The translations under genes were made by a program, and so were the position numbers. From Eledone cirrhosa (lineage: Eukaryota), in assembly GCA_964016885.1 (NCBI GenBank), contig OZ024741.1, positions 228,656,001-228,720,000 on the forward strand: a stretch of DNA of 64,000 bases, in the 5' to 3' direction. Under the pieces are notes generated by a model that worked only from the letters and a program-made list of their open reading frames with translations, had not been told where the DNA came from and did no database searches. Below are positions 13,844 through 28,367 of the stretch, in pieces. The first letter of the stretch is position 1; each line of letters begins with the position of its first letter.

Positions 13844-14765
13844 CGAGGTGTGTCAGAAAGGTTCCAGGACTGATGTCACAAAAGATTTATTTCAAATCCA
13901 AACTTCACACTAAGAGTTTTCTCCTTCAAAGTAATCGCCCTGGAGTCTAATGCAATTTTTCATCCTTTTCTGCCACGCTTGCATACACTCCCGAAAGGAT
14001 TCTTCCGGGATCCTCCGCAGTTCCGTCGTCACGGCCTTTTTGATGTCGTCCACGTCTTCAAAACGGGTTCCCTCCGGGTCGTACTCGAAGATCCATGACT
14101 CATCACCGGTGATGACTGTCCCTAGCAAGTCTGGTTCGGTTTCAAGACGCTCGAGGATGTCCTGGCACACTTGCATGCGTCGACCCTTCTGGTCATCGTT
14201 CAGCAGTTTTGGCACCATCTTCGCGCAGACTTTCCGCATGTCCAAATCTTCAGTGAGAATCTTCCAGACGCTGTCCCGATTCATGCCCAGCCCCTTTATC
14301 ATCAGTCGAACAGTCAGCCGACGATCGCTACGCACCATCTGCCTGATGCGCTCAACGTTGACCTCAGTCCTGGTTGTTGAGGCCCTTCCGCTCCTGGGAT
14401 CATCTTCCACGTCCTCGCGTCCTTCTTTAAACATCTTGCACCACTCAAAAACACGTGAGCGTGACAACGCCCCATCTCCATACAGTTGCTGCAGCAATCC
14501 CGGTGCTTCTGATGGAGTTTTCCCCAACCGTACCAGAAACTTCAAGTTTGTTCGTTGCTCTGTGCTCATTGTTTGACGACCTGAAACGGAGGACATGTAT
14601 ATAAAATTATGAAGGAAAAAGTTTGATCGCTGCAGAGAGCTAAGATTACAGTTACATACTCCAGGGGGATTACTTTGAAGGAGAAAACTCTTAGTGTGAA
14701 GTTTGGGTTTGCAATAAATATTTTGTGACATAGAACTTTTGTTTCCTGGAACTTTACTGACACAC

Positions 14766-14769
<4 letters not shown>
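13844..14769 (-). mobile_element. Mariner transposon, internally deleted, TIRs and TA TSD retained
   Basis: TIRs CGAGGTGTGTCAGAAAGGTTCCAGGA and TCCTGGAACTTTACTGACACACCTCA, flanked by TA. Confidence 0.92.
13910..14569 (-). CDS. Mariner transposase with in-frame deletion in the catalytic domain
   Basis: HTH region (LSRSRVFEW, RSGR), MVPKLL, then TGDESW fused directly to GTRF...; the HDNA and YSPDLAP motifs are absent. Confidence 0.85.
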   Translation of the reverse strand: MSTEQRTNLKFLVRLGKTPSEAPGLLQQLYGDGALSRSRVFEWCKMFKEGREDVEDDPRSGRASTTRTEVNVERIRQMVRSDRRLTVRLMIKGLGMNRDSVWKILTEDLDMRKVCAKMVPKLLNDDQKGRRMQVCQDILERLETEPDLLGTVITGDESWIFEYDPEGTRFEDVDDIKKAVTTELRRIPEESFRECMQAWQKRMKNCIRLQGDYFEGENS

Positions 14770-14838
<69 letters not shown>

Positions 14839-14988
14839 TGTTATACTTTGGGAGGGTCATGTTGCCAATAAGAAACACACGCACCAGTTGCTTTCACTTC
14901 AATTTATTATAATAAACTTATAAATTTAGGAATTTATAAATTTCCGGTTGGTTGGTTGGTTCCACAACCAGATGATTGTTTATATATT

Positions 14989-15031
14989 GTCAAAGTTATT
15001 TCGTCACAGATTCTGTGACCTCTTCAGTGAC
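14989..15031 (-). ncRNA. Minimal type I hammerhead ribozyme in inverted pLTR
   Basis: Mirror of 17193-17235. Confidence 0.75.
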
Positions 15032-17192
15032 TGGGGATTCTTTTCTTTGTTTTTGTGCCTCTCCTTTGTTCTGTCCTACGCCATCTTGTTTTTGTGTGTG
15101 TTGTGTGCTTAGTTTGCGCATGTGTTACATCCGGGTGTCTGTGTGTGTTTATATTTGTTTATTTATTTGTTTATTTACATGTTACCGGTTGGTTGTTTGT
15201 TCTATGTGCGTGTGTGTTTTCATTTTGTCCTTAATTGTAAGTTGTGATGTTGCTGTTCCATTCATGTTTTCTATTTAATTTTGGTTGGAGTTCATTAATG
15301 TTTATTGCCTCTGTGATTTGTCTAAACATTGCGTCTTTTCTGTGTGTAGATTCTATTTTTATTTCTATGTTCTCTAATTTACCCTTTTGTTCTATTTTAG
15401 CATGTTGGTAGAGTAAAGATGATTCTTTACTATCTTGAAGGTCTCTGGAAAAACATATGCGATGGGACTCCTACTTAAACTTACTTATAGTAATGATTAT
15501 CTAGATACATATGACCTTAGCAACCTCTGCCCCACAAGACCAGCAAGAGGCAGACCACCTACCATTACCTCAATGGCCAATAAAACCCACACAGAAAGAT
15601 GGAACGGATGGACCAGAGCCATACGGACCGCCGAAAACCACGATGAACTAAAGAAAATGATTGCACATGCGGTGGGGGCCAGTATAAAACTAACCCTTAA
15701 GGAACATATGTTCAAATTTAATGGAAAAACATATGCCCAAGAGGAGGGAGCAGCCATTGGTGTTAGCATTGCAGGCGACATAGCTAACCTATTCATGGTA
15801 TGGTTGGACAATAGACTTAAACTTAAACTTAAAGAACAATTAGAAGACCCCTTAACCCTGATAATGTACTCCCGCTACAATGATGATATAAACATCGTAG
15901 TAAAAACACCCCCACTAGAGAACAGTCAGGAATTAGAGAAAAGCACCATGGAAAGCGTCTAGCAAATAGCTAACTCCATCCACCAGAGTATTAGAGTTAC
16001 TATAGACTACCCAAGCAAACACCCCAACCATCGATTACTTGTACACAGAGCTCTGGTTAGATACCATTAATAACAAAAAACAAACCCTCCATTCCCTTTA
16101 TGCCAAATCCATGACTTCCAAATATCTGATCCACCGAAACTCAGCTGTTTCGGACCATACCAAAATCAACATACTGATTGCGGATTTGGTACGGGTGATG
16201 AGAAACGTGTACCGCATGTGCAACCCCAGAGAACTGGAGAGACACATGCAACACTTCATCCACCGTATGCTGTTCTCTGGTTACAATCAGAGAGATAAAA
16301 TCAGAATATATAGAGGAGTCAGAACCAAATGGGAAAAAATGGTGAATAATGACACAAATGGGACCTGCCCCTTGTATAGTATCAGATTTTGGAATAGAAT
16401 AGAAAGAACTAGGAATAAGGTTAAGAGAATAAACTCATGGTATGTTAGCAATAAATACCAGAGTGTAATGTTCATCGATACACCCCCTAGAGGTGAATTA
16501 GCCTACAAATTTAGAAGGGCCCTAGATAAACATAAACTCAATATTAAGATAGTAGAAAGACCAGGTACCTCCATAAAAACACTTATTAGCAATACATAGC
16601 CTTTTCAAAGACCTCCCTGTATAGATAAGAAATGTATAATCTGTAAATTAAGCCGCCATATTAACTGTAAAACTAGAAATGTAGAATATAGCATAACATG
16701 TACTGAAGGACAATGTAGAGATAAGAATATAGTGTACATAGGTGAGACAGCTCGTAGTATAGTGGAACGGATAAATGAACACTGGCGAAACCTTCAAGAT
16801 CGTAAAGAATCATCTGCACTCTACCAACATGCTAAAATAGAACATAAGGGTAAATTAGAGAACATAGAAATAAAAATAGAATCTACACACAGAAAAGACG
16901 CAATGTTTAGACAAATCACAGAGGCAATAAACATAAATGAACTCCAACCAAAATTAAATAGAAAACATGAATGGAACAGCAACATCACAACTTACAATTA
17001 AGGACAAAATGAAAACACACACGCACATAGAATAAACAACCAACCAGTAATAAACAAATAAATAAACAAATATAAACACACACAAACACCCGGATGTAAC
17101 ACATGCGTAAACTAAGCACACAGCACCCAGAAAAACAAGATGGCGTAGGACAGAACAAAAGAGAGGCTCAAAAACAAAGAAAAGAATCCCCA

Positions 17193-17235
17193 GTCACTGA
17201 AGAGGTCACAGAATGTGTGACGAAAGAACTTTGAC
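17193..17235 (+). ncRNA. Minimal type I hammerhead ribozyme in PLE pLTR
   Basis: GUCA-CUGAAGA-(G)GUCACA/UGUGAC-GAAA-GAAC-UU-UGAC, ~190 nt after the GIY-YIG stop. Confidence 0.8.
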
Positions 17236-17489
17236 AATATATAAACAATCATCTGGTTGTGGAACCAACCAACCAACAGGAAATTTATAAATTCCTAAAT
17301 TTATAAATTTAATTTATATTAAATTGAAGTGAAAGCAACTAGTGCGTGTGTTTCTTATTGGCAACATGACCCTCCCAAAGTATAACAATATCGGTTTCAA
17401 CACACGTTTTCAGATAAAGAATCTTGCTAAACAAATTCAGAAACGAAATATATATATATATATATATATATATAGTTTTAATATGGAAG

Positions 17490-17540
17490 AGCTTCTACAG
17501 GACTAGAACTGTTTAATTCGTGAGAAATCATCAGGAAGCT
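17490..17540 (-). ncRNA. Degenerate hammerhead (GAAA mutated to UAAA)
   Basis: Stem I AGCUUC/GAAGCU, CUGAUGA, stem III ACAG/CUGU, GUA; a related copy at 35320-35370 keeps GAAA. Confidence 0.6.
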
Positions 17541-18072
17541 GCCTGTCCAAGTAAAATGGTAGTATTTATATATTTCCTTATCTGGTGGTAGGAGAGGGTG
17601 GGGATTGGGATGGGTGTAGGTCATTGGTTGAATGAATTAAAGAAAAGTGAGTTCATTAAAAGCTAAATCTTTAAAGCTATAAAATTAACAAAGGCAGAAA
17701 GAATACAGTAAGCAAGTTCAAAATTGGAATACCGATCCTTGTTTGATGCCTGTAAGACAGGTGTCTACAGGATGGGTGCGGTTCAATGGTTTAAAGAAAA
17801 GGGAAACTCTTTAGAAGCTAGTTCTTTGAGGCTGAAATAAGGGTGACAAAGGTAGAAAGGGTTCCATCAACAGATTCAAGTGTTGGGGTAAATATATATT
17901 CCAGGTGTCGACAAACACATTCACAAACGCGCGCATTTACACACGTACACACACTTACACGCATGCACACACAGACATACATAATGGTACATACACACAT
18001 ACATACATACAAATATATACATACACATATACATATCTATGTGTACATACATACGCATACTCATATATATAT

Positions 18073-18104
<32 letters not shown>

Positions 18105-18194
18105 CCACACACACACACACACACACACATACACACACACACATATATATATATATATACATATACATACACATATATACATATATACACACAT

Positions 18195-19790
18195 AAATTT
18201 CAGGTTATCAATAATGTAGTGATAATATAGGGTCACAAACCTTCAAAGAACATGTCGAATATTATGATGATGCACTTAGGAAGGCTGGACACCTAGATAA
18301 TATAGAGAGTATAGTCGACGATCACCAAAACACTCAAAATAAATCTCATAGAGGTAGAAATAGCATAGAATCACCACCATACATACACTACCGCAATAGA
18401 CACGCTAATAGTCGCACACCACCAAACAGAAGGCGATGTAAAGAGTTTATATGGTACAACCCGGTCTATAACAACTCTATTAAAACCAATCTACCCTCAC
18501 AATTCTTTCGATTAGTTAAAAAACACTTTCCAACATCACATAAATATAATAAAATCTTAAACCCTAACAACATATAAAAAAGCTTATCGCAAAACGGTTG
18601 TATAAATGCCTTCCAACATAACAAAACATCACAAAACAACAAACAACATCCCGACATGCCTAAGCAACCTCATCAACCCATCCATGGTATTACATCTGCG
18701 CATAATTATAACTGTAACTGTGTCCAACCAGGAATGTGTCCGTTGAATAATCAATGTCTTGAACGCAACATCATATACAAATGTACTATCGAATCGGGTA
18801 GCCAGAAGTGGTACTATGTGGGGTCTACTGCTACCTCCTTCAAATTTCGCCTTTATAGACATTGCTACTCGATAAAACATGAAAACCAGCGTTATGTAAC
18901 AACACTCGCAAACAAAGCTTGGCAGCTGCGCGAAAATAACCAACAATTTAACCTAAAATGGGATAAAATAGCAGCCCCGGTGTATCTCCAAGGACAGAAA
19001 TTTTGTAGATTGTGCAATATGGAAATGTTTTGTATTATGAAATCCAAAAATATTTTATTAAATAACAGAATAGAGCGATCGTTATACTGTGACCATCGCT
19101 TGAAATCTACATTTTCATATTAAAAACGCTATCAGGATTGAACGCCTGTTTCCATCTCCGTTTGATTGTCAAAATACATATTAACATTATCTCTATTAGT
19201 TTTAATTCTATCAACACTTCTATTCTTTATCATTTAATATAAAATGCTATAGATAAAATAAGATTTCTCAATTCAATCCCCTAAAGCATATACCAACAGG
19301 CTACCAGCATTGTTGTTATACAGTAGCAGTAAAAATCTCTCTTCCTTACTTGACACCTTATATCTGTATTAATACTACCACACCAAGCCATCAGGCCTGT
19401 CCATTGTTCAACTGGTCAAATATAAATTAAAATCGGCACTCCCAAAAATTCTTATTTAGATAACATAAGCCATATACACATTGTATTCTCATTAAAAACC
19501 TTCTGTACACTTGTTTACCAACAAATTGAATTGCCATCTGTCATATACTTTCCCCTCTCCTCTTCCTTTCTTACGACTAATATAAATACTTTGATTTTTC
19601 TGATTTTTTTCCAATTTATCCAATATCTCTGAAGACGTGACAACTGATTATACATTTGCTATCGATTACGTGCAAATATTATTTGATTACGCAAGCAGTG
19701 ATAAATAGATATTCTGTCTGTTACAGAAAGATATGTCAATACCTAGTAAATTCCTTTATAAAGCACTTTCATTTTATATTCATCTTTTCT
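18195..19790 (+). mobile_element. 5'-truncated PLE (Naiad-like): thumb, GIY-YIG and 3' region
   Basis: YYDDALRKAG, IWYNP, CNC..CPL.NQCL..NIIYKC, YYVGSTATSFKFR, CRLC (ORF 18656-19123). Confidence 0.85.
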
Positions 19791-19938
19791 ATATACACAC
19801 ATATATATATATACACACACACAGACACACACGCTCTCATGCATACACACGCATACACACACACACATAATCATACGTACACCTATACATACATATATAC
19901 AAACGTACACACACACATGTACATATATACATACATGT

Positions 19939-19994
<56 letters not shown>

Positions 19995-20140
19995 TATATT
20001 TAAGAATTAAACAAGATTCAATGAATACATCAAAGAATGAGTTTTACAATAGATTGAAGCACTCTACAAAAAAATATTTTCCAGAGTTATTAATATTAAT
20101 TCAAAATATTAACAAAATAGATATTCTTGTGATCAATTAT

Positions 20141-20205
20141 ATTTTATTATACATATTTCAGAAGTACTGAATTAAGTTCAACAGTACGTCCTCATCAGAT
20201 AAAAT
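20141..20205 (-). ncRNA. Type I hammerhead ribozyme
   Basis: Mirror of 24194-24258. Confidence 0.8.
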
Positions 20206-22476
20206 AAAATCTAGTGAGGAATACATGATGAAAATTATTGAACAAACAAACTCTTTTATAAGAAGAATGAGATGGCGAGCATTTCATTTCGAAAGTAAAG
20301 ATGCTAAAAGAAAAACCAACAGGAATCATTTCGAAACTTTATTTAAATCAAGAAAGAATCCTCCATACAACAAACTCCTGGAGGATTTTGAAACTGAAAT
20401 GCTCGGTATACTTCAGAAAATTAAATTTAGGAAAAACCCATATATAGGTCACCAATACGTTAGAACTTTAAAAGAAAAATCACGGAAATAAAAAAAGTTA
20501 ATAAAATATTGGTAAAATCTGACAAAACAAACAATTTATATGGGATAAATAAAGAAGAATATAATAACTTGATTTTAAAGGAACTTAGGAAAAATTATAA
20601 AAAAGCCCCGGCTGAAGATCTTACAGACATCAATAATGATGCATATAAACTAATTGCCAAATTAGGAATTGAAGTAAGAACAGAGCCTCTTATACCTAGA
20701 CAGCCGCGGATCAATTTTAAAGATGACAAAATAAACTTCGAGGAAGACCTGCCAGTTAGACTGATTGCTCCATCCAAATCGGATATTGGAGTAATCAGTA
20801 AACATATTATTGATAGAATTCTACCTACTCTGAAATTGAGGTCTAAATTGAGCTGCATGTGGAAGGATACAAATGAAGTCATTGAATGGTATAAGAATAT
20901 AAATGATAAGAAAACCCGTAAATTCATCCAGATGGACATAACAAGCTAATATCTTCCATTATGCCCAACCTACTAAATAAGGCTTTATCATACGCTTACA
21001 AACATACTGATCTAACTACGGATGAAATTGATATCATATTAACTGCTAGAAGAACTCTTATTAACTTCAACAATGAGTATTGGCCGCGCTCAGATAGAAA
21101 TGGAAACTTCGACATTATCATGGGATCTTCTGATTCAGCGCAAATCACGGATCTTCTGGGGATTTTCATCTTAAATATGATAAATAGAAAACTGCCGGAG
21201 ATTACCGATGGTTTATATAGGCACGATATTTTATTTGCGGTTGTTGAACACAACAATATAGAACTAAATAGAGTAAAGAAAAATATAATTGAATTCTTTA
21301 AAATTTACGATCTTAAACTAGAAGTAGAAAATGGTACCAAAATAGTTAATTTCTATAACTTAAACTCTGGTTTTTATTACCCTTTCCATAAGCCCAATTA
21401 AATTACGTTAGTTATTACTCTAATCTAAGTCAGTGAAAAAAGCAATTGTAATTAGCGTATAAAAACACATAAATAGAATATCTGCCAATAAATAAATAGT
21501 TGAGGATAATGCAGGATATTACAATGATGCGCTAAAAAATGCAGGTTATAAAAATAATATAGAATATATAGACAATAATAATCCAAGTTTTAATCCTGAT
21601 AAAAATAATGGCATATATAAACGAAATTCTATAATTCTAATAATTATAATTCAAACACCTGACTGTGAATAAATCGGGGAAAAGAACCAGAACTAAATCA
21701 GTTATATGGTTTGCCCCCCACCCCTGCTTCTGTAGCAGTAAGAACACCAATAGCTAATCTATTTTTTAAAGCTTTGGATAGTTCATTCCCTAGTCAACAT
21801 AAATACCATTCCATTTTTAATAGACACACAATTAAATTATCTTATTCTACAACTATGAATATGGCCCAAAACATCGCTAAAATAAACAGTATAATTCTAA
21901 ATCAAAATCAACATAATGATATTAATGATAGTGTTAATATAAATAATAATAAATCAAAATGTAATTGTAGAAATAAACCAGATTGCCCTCTGCAAAATAA
22001 TTGTTTGGATAGAAATTTGGTGTATTAATGCACCGTAAAAATAAATAACAACACATACAACTACATAGGAGCAACTTCTTCGACATTTTAATCGAGATTT
22101 GCGAATTACAAATGCTCATTCTCGAATTTTAATAGGAAGTCTTCGACTTCTTTATCACAGCTTATATGGTCATTAAAAGACAACAATTTAAAATACTCGA
22201 TCTTTTGGACGAAGCTTTGTAATAGTGGAGTTTATATCAACTCTTCAATATCAATTAACTGCAGCCTCTGTACAAAGGAGACCCTATTAATAATTAATAA
22301 TTATGAAAACTTAATTAACAAAAAATATGAATTATTCTCAAACTGCCTTCATAAAGCTTTGTCTACATTCCAAGTCTCGCAAAAAGTCAGGAAAAAACAG
22401 TAAACAATCAAGCCTGATTTTCGACGTCTATCATCAACTGTTGAACATATAAGTCATAACGGTTTATAAAACTTTA

Positions 22477-22567
22477 ATAATTGTTTCTACTTTAGGCACA
22501 ATGCCAGCAATTACCCAGTGCATTACTTGTACTTTATTTTATCGACCCCGTAAGGATGAAAGGCAAA
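22477..22567 (-). mobile_element. tRNA-SINE, 5'-truncated (copy 3)
   Basis: 3' half only; TSD TTATAAAACTTTAATAAT. Confidence 0.85.
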
Positions 22568-23200
22568 TTATAAAACTTTAATAATGCTTTATCTTCTAAT
22601 CATTTATAATGGAATTAATGTTCAAATGAATGACACTTGTTTGATAACTTGTTTACTTGATAGATATGCATACCCTATGATTTTTTGGATATTTTTAACT
22701 TTGATTCAGATCTTTATTTTTCTGTCTCTGTTTTAAATATATAGTTTAGATATCTAACTTGTAAATTTACTGATTATAATTTAAACTATTGATCATTCAT
22801 GCGTATTCATATATATATATTTTACTCAATTTGAGTAGGTTTTTGGGAACTCAGAAAGTTGGATTTGCACTTTGTTTTGTTATGTATATTTAACAAACCA
22901 TAGTAGCTGACACATATTGGTCTATCTCTCCACTGAACTGGAGGTAAAACTACAATTATAGCATTACTAACAATGATTATAATTATTATTCTTTATTTAA
23001 TGTATACCGTTTCATTAATACCTATAATTATATCTATATATAGTTTGTACAAATATCTTTATCTAGTGTAATAACATAATTGTAGTTACATTTATAAATA
23101 ATTTAAACACTCAAATGACATTATGTATTATTATAAGTATTTGGTTTCCCCTGGAAGATCGAACTTATATAATCATTTACTTAATACAATATATGAACAA

Positions 23201-23390
23201 ATAATTGTTTCTACTTTAGGCACAAGGCCAGCAATTACCCAGTGCATTACTGGTACTTTATTTTATCGACCCCGTAAGGATGAAAGGCAAAGTCAACCTC
23301 GGCGGGATTTGAACTCAGATCGTAAAGGAACGTAACTATGCTGGAAAGCATGGCGTCCGACCCTCTACCGATACTGCCAATCCACCGCCT
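23201..23390 (-). mobile_element. tRNA-SINE (copy 4)
   Basis: Full length; TSD ATATATGAACAAATAAT. Confidence 0.9.
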
Positions 23391-24193
23391 TTATATATGA
23401 ACAAATAATAAACTATAATCTTGGTATATTATGATCAATACATATATATAGTTGAAAATTCTGACTTCTTTAATTTCAATTATAAGGCCGGTCGATACTT
23501 TAGGCACTCAAACTATTTAACAATAAATTCTTTAATAGTTATAACTATAATTATCTTATAAATTATATTATAGAAATTGTTGTCAATATTATAAGTAATT
23601 TTGGTAAAGATTACCTTCGTGGGGATATAAAACATTATATATATATATATTTTCTTTATTTCTCGGGTTTCGTAAATCCTTTAAATTTGTTTTCATAAAA
23701 TTAGAATTTTAGAAATTTAACATAATTATATTATAATATTAATACAAATACCTATTAACTTTTAAAATCTAAAATTTGATTCTTTACCCTGAAATAACAT
23801 AAATTAAATATTTTGAAAATTAACCGCCAACTACACTATATAAGAATCTATGTGTGTAGAAACATGAACTAAAATTACTCCCCTTTGTCTCTGTCTCTTT
23901 AATCATCTTTCATCTGTCTTCTCAAGCTAAATACTAAATAGGTTATCACATCAGCTGTTTCATCCTCTATGCTTTCCTTTCCCTCCTCTTTCTCTAGTAC
24001 TTTTAAAAAATTAAAAATGTTATAATGGTTATATTGATGCCATGTATTTCTTAAAATATATTACTCACACTCTCTCTATTGTTTGTATTACGTTTTCTCA
24101 TGTTCTCAATATTAGGGTATTTGTCATAAGTTAATCACTACCTTGATTAAATCTTAACCATCTAACATGTCAGGGTATGTCATGTATCATTTT

Positions 24194-24258
24194 ATTTTAT
24201 CTGATGAGGACGTACTGTTGAACTTAATTCAGTACCTCTGAAATATGTATAATAAAAT
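24194..24258 (+). ncRNA. Type I hammerhead ribozyme in PLE pLTR
   Basis: Stem I AUUUUAU/AUAAAAU, CUGAUGA, stem II GGA.GUACUG/CAGUAC.UCU, GAAA, stem III AUAUGUAU, AUA triplet. Confidence 0.85.
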
Positions 24259-24442
24259 ATAGTTGATCACAAGAATATCTATTTTGTTAATATTTTGAAT
24301 TAATATATATATATAGCATGAAACCAAAAAACATATCATTTGTGCTGCATCTGTGTTTTTTGTTCTCTCTTGATATATTAAACTATATACATATATATGC
24401 ACATACATACACATACAAACACATACATACATATCCACACAT

Positions 24443-24572
<130 letters not shown>

Positions 24573-24644
24573 GCGCACACACACATAATCATACGTGCAC
24601 CTATACATACATACATACATATGTATACACACGTACACACACAC

Positions 24645-25196
24645 ATGTATACCTTCTTGCCAGATTGTTGAACGTATATACTTACCTTATGCATATTAAC
24701 GGCTGAGAAGCCCTATTTGCATATCGAGTGGGTTAATCGGCCGGGTGCACCGAAAACGATAAACGGAAAAAATGAAACGAAATTTCATTTCCCACTCTTA
24801 GTACGGCTGTTACTTAAATATAAGTATGTACACGTACATAAATATATGTATACAGACGTACAGTAGTATGTATATATATATACATACATGCACACATATA
24901 TATATATGTACGTATGGATTCACCGAACATTTATTATAACCCTCGGTGTGTTTGTAAACAATGATGGTTGCTAGACACTACGGCTTAATACGGGATGTTT
25001 GTTTACAAACACACCGAGCATTATAATAAATGTTCGGTGAATCCATACGTACATATATATATGTGTGCATGTATGTATATATATATACATACTACTGTAC
25101 GTCTGTATACATATATGTATGTACGTGTACATACTTATATTTAAGTAACAGCCGTACTAAGAGTGGGAAATGAAATTTCGTTTCATATTTTTCGTT

Positions 25197-25200
<4 letters not shown>
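24645..25200. mobile_element. Fold-back copy of the ~430-bp repeat family
   Basis: 24759-24960 is inverted at 24995-25200; homologous to 39427-40880 and 63797-63970. Confidence 0.8.
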
Positions 25201-25228
<28 letters not shown>

Positions 25229-25257
25229 CACACATACATATGCACATATATATACAT

Positions 25258-25324
<67 letters not shown>

Positions 25325-25657
25325 TAAATATATAAATATATATATCTAGGATTTACAGAAACCTAGCGTGGATGTTGTACGTTGTATGTACTGTATATCG
25401 TATGCTATACGATACCCATTATGTATTGGATTCGGTCTCCGCGCGATGGGGCAGGTCAGTTGAAAATCTTCCAGGTTTTTTCGTTGCTATGGCAATGCGG
25501 CTGGACTGCCGATCGGTATATTTGATTTGCAAAGCTGTCTAAACATATTGTTATTACTCTGGGGTATTACTCTCCATCGAGTCCTAAAGCTAAATTCCGA
25601 ATTTGCATTCGTTAGCTTAGCCGCAGCTTAACGCTTCGTTAATGCTGTACTAAAATT

Positions 25658-25721
<64 letters not shown>

Positions 25722-26237
25722 TATATATATACACATATATACAAATATATACTCATATACGTACATACACATATACAGACATACACAACTATACGCATAC
25801 AAACGAACGGCCACTCATACAAATACGTACATACAAGTACTCGTAAATCTACGCATATACACAGGCACATAGATACAGCGCTATAAGCAGAAAGTGCAGA
25901 TAGATAAGAGGTACTTACATGACCATAGTACAGTGTTTTAGGTCGAGAAGGTAGGGGTAGGGTGGGAAGGAGGTAGAGTGGGTATTTTATCGAGTGGGGT
26001 TTTTAAAAAAAAAGGGGGAAATCATTTTTAGCCATCTGGCATTAACACTGGCTTAAGGTATTTGAAAGTTGCAAAGTTTTGTGCATGCAGTTCGGGCAGT
26101 GTTCAGAGAGTTTGTTCAGTAGCGAGCCCTTGGCGTTTATATGTATGTGTTTGTATATATATGTATATGGAAGTATACTTTTATGTGTATATATGTATGT
26201 GTATATGAATGTATGTATGTGTGTGTGTATGTATGTA

Positions 26238-26334
<97 letters not shown>

Positions 26335-26353
26335 GTGTGTATGTGTGTGTGTA

Positions 26354-26394
<41 letters not shown>

Positions 26395-26493
26395 ATGTAT
26401 GTGTGTATATATATATATGTATATATATATGTGTGTGTATATATATATAAATATATATATATATGTGTGTGTGTATATATATATATGTATGTG

Positions 26494-26552
<59 letters not shown>

Positions 26553-26643
26553 GTATATATATATAAATCGGTTTGAAATTGTGCAAATGTATAAACATGG
26601 AGCATGCACACACACACACACAACAACAATCTGCCTCTTATAG

Positions 26644-26826
26644 ATAATTGTTTCTACTTTAGGCACAAGGCCAGCAAATACCCAGTACATTACTGGTACT
26701 TTATTTTATCGACCCCGTAAGGATGAAAGGCAAAGTCAACCTCGGCTAGATTTGAACTCAGATCGTAAAGGGTCGTAACTATGCTGGAAAGCATGGCGTC
26801 CGACCCTCTACCGATACTGCCAATCC
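26644..26826 (-). mobile_element. tRNA-SINE (copy 5)
   Basis: Matches family consensus. Confidence 0.88.
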
Positions 26827-26889
26827 AGTTATAATGATATATACATATATATATATAGTTTTGGTTGCCTCCGATTCAACCCTGAATAA

Positions 26890-26951
<62 letters not shown>

Positions 26952-26987
26952 GACAAAAATAAAAGCAAAGAAGGGGAGAAAGAAGAA

Positions 26988-27207
26988 ATTTGTATACCTA
27001 TGTACGTAGGTTATGAACCAATGCTCTTTATTGTAGGGTTTTATGTGTATGTATGTGGATGTGTGTGTATATTTGGTTGTAGCCATGTTTATATATACGT
27101 GTGTTTGCGTGTGTATATGTATGTGTATATGTATTTTTGCACGCATGTGTATGTGGATGTGTACGTATGTTTATTTTATATTTTTGTGTATATGTGTATG
27201 TGTGTGG

Positions 27208-27269
<62 letters not shown>

Positions 27270-28289
27270 GGAAGCAGAAAATTGCTTATTGTGATCCAGT
27301 TCGTGGTTAAGAAAGCCAGTTTCATGGACGGTTTTAACGTACGGTTATGGGTAACTCCACACGTTTGTAAGAAATCCGTTCAATCTTGAAGTACAAAGTA
27401 TAAAAGAGAAAACACAGGTAAGCATTAAGAGAAGGATTTTATCCAGGTATTTACGACCGTTTCATTGGTAAGTGCAACCTTATATTGCTATACTGCAAAT
27501 AGCAGCCACTCAAATATAATTGTTGTTCACGTCCAAATTTTCAAAATAGTGAGTAAGTTACTCTTGAAATAGTTCTTAATATATAGAGAAAAACATTTTT
27601 TTTTAAATTGTATTTACTAGTATAGAGAGAGAGGAAGAGGAATTAGAAGGTGAGGGGACAAACGGAATAGTATAGAGAGAGAAGAAGGGGAGAAGAGTTA
27701 GGAAGTAGAGTGACAAACTGAGATGGAGGGAGGGGTAAAGGTGGAAGGATTCCTTGATCAGTTTTGATATGTAGAATTCATGTCGTCAAATGTAGTGAGT
27801 TAAAGAGAATTAAATTGATCATAGTGGGAGGGATGGAGAGAGAGAGGGGGGGGGATATAAAGAGATAAATATATATATAAAAAATAAAGATATATATAAA
27901 ATAATGACAAAAATAAAAGCAAAGAAGGGGAGAAAGAAGAAAAGAAAAGATAGCCAAAAAGGGAAGGGAAGGAAGGAAGAAAACGAAGAAATAGAAGAGG
28001 ATTGAAGGAGAAGGGAGGGATATAGGTATTGGTTTTTGTGGGTAATTAAAAGGGTTTAGATACAATAAGAGGGTATAAAGTCTAAGTATATGCAGTTTGT
28101 CAGTTGGTAGTAAGAGGTTAAGGATTAGATTTGCACTTGTAGTGCGAAAACCTTTCTTTGAGTCTATGGTTACAATCAATTGATCTTTCGATTTTATTGT
28201 TGAGAAACTTATTCGACGAGCTCAAAATGTGAAACAGCTCAATATCAAATAAAAAAAGCGGAGGAATATTAAACTCCAGAATTACATAA

Positions 28290-28367
<78 letters not shown>

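Larger units (their letters stand above)
14837..17447 (+). mobile_element. Penelope-like retroelement with inverted 5' copy of its 3' end, in (TA)n
   Basis: RT (GAAIGVSIAG, RYNDD), Cys-rich linker and GIY-YIG (YIGETARS..R..EH) over 15435-17001 with stops and frameshifts; 14837-15435 is the reverse complement of ~16795-17390. Confidence 0.92.
20003..24305 (+). mobile_element. Near full-length decayed PLE (Naiad-like) with inverted pLTR
   Basis: RRMRWRAFHF, KSDKT, MDITS, MGSSDSAQITDLLG, LYRHD, CNC..CPL..C, YIGAT over 20225-22400; 20090-20213 is the reverse complement of 24189-24305. Confidence 0.9.

Noticed and set aside
14570-14884. N-terminal extension of the mariner ORF
   Set aside because: Chance read-through across the TIR, (TA)n and the PLE pLTR.
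19622-19713. Hammerhead-like remnants (also 7159-7236 minus and 31643-31726 plus)
   Set aside because: Several core or stem mismatches; too degenerate to call.
18195-22400. Selenocysteine (TGA) recoding in the Naiad-like PLEs
   Set aside because: The stops I examined are TAA or frameshifts, not TGA at conserved Cys positions; no SECIS was identified.
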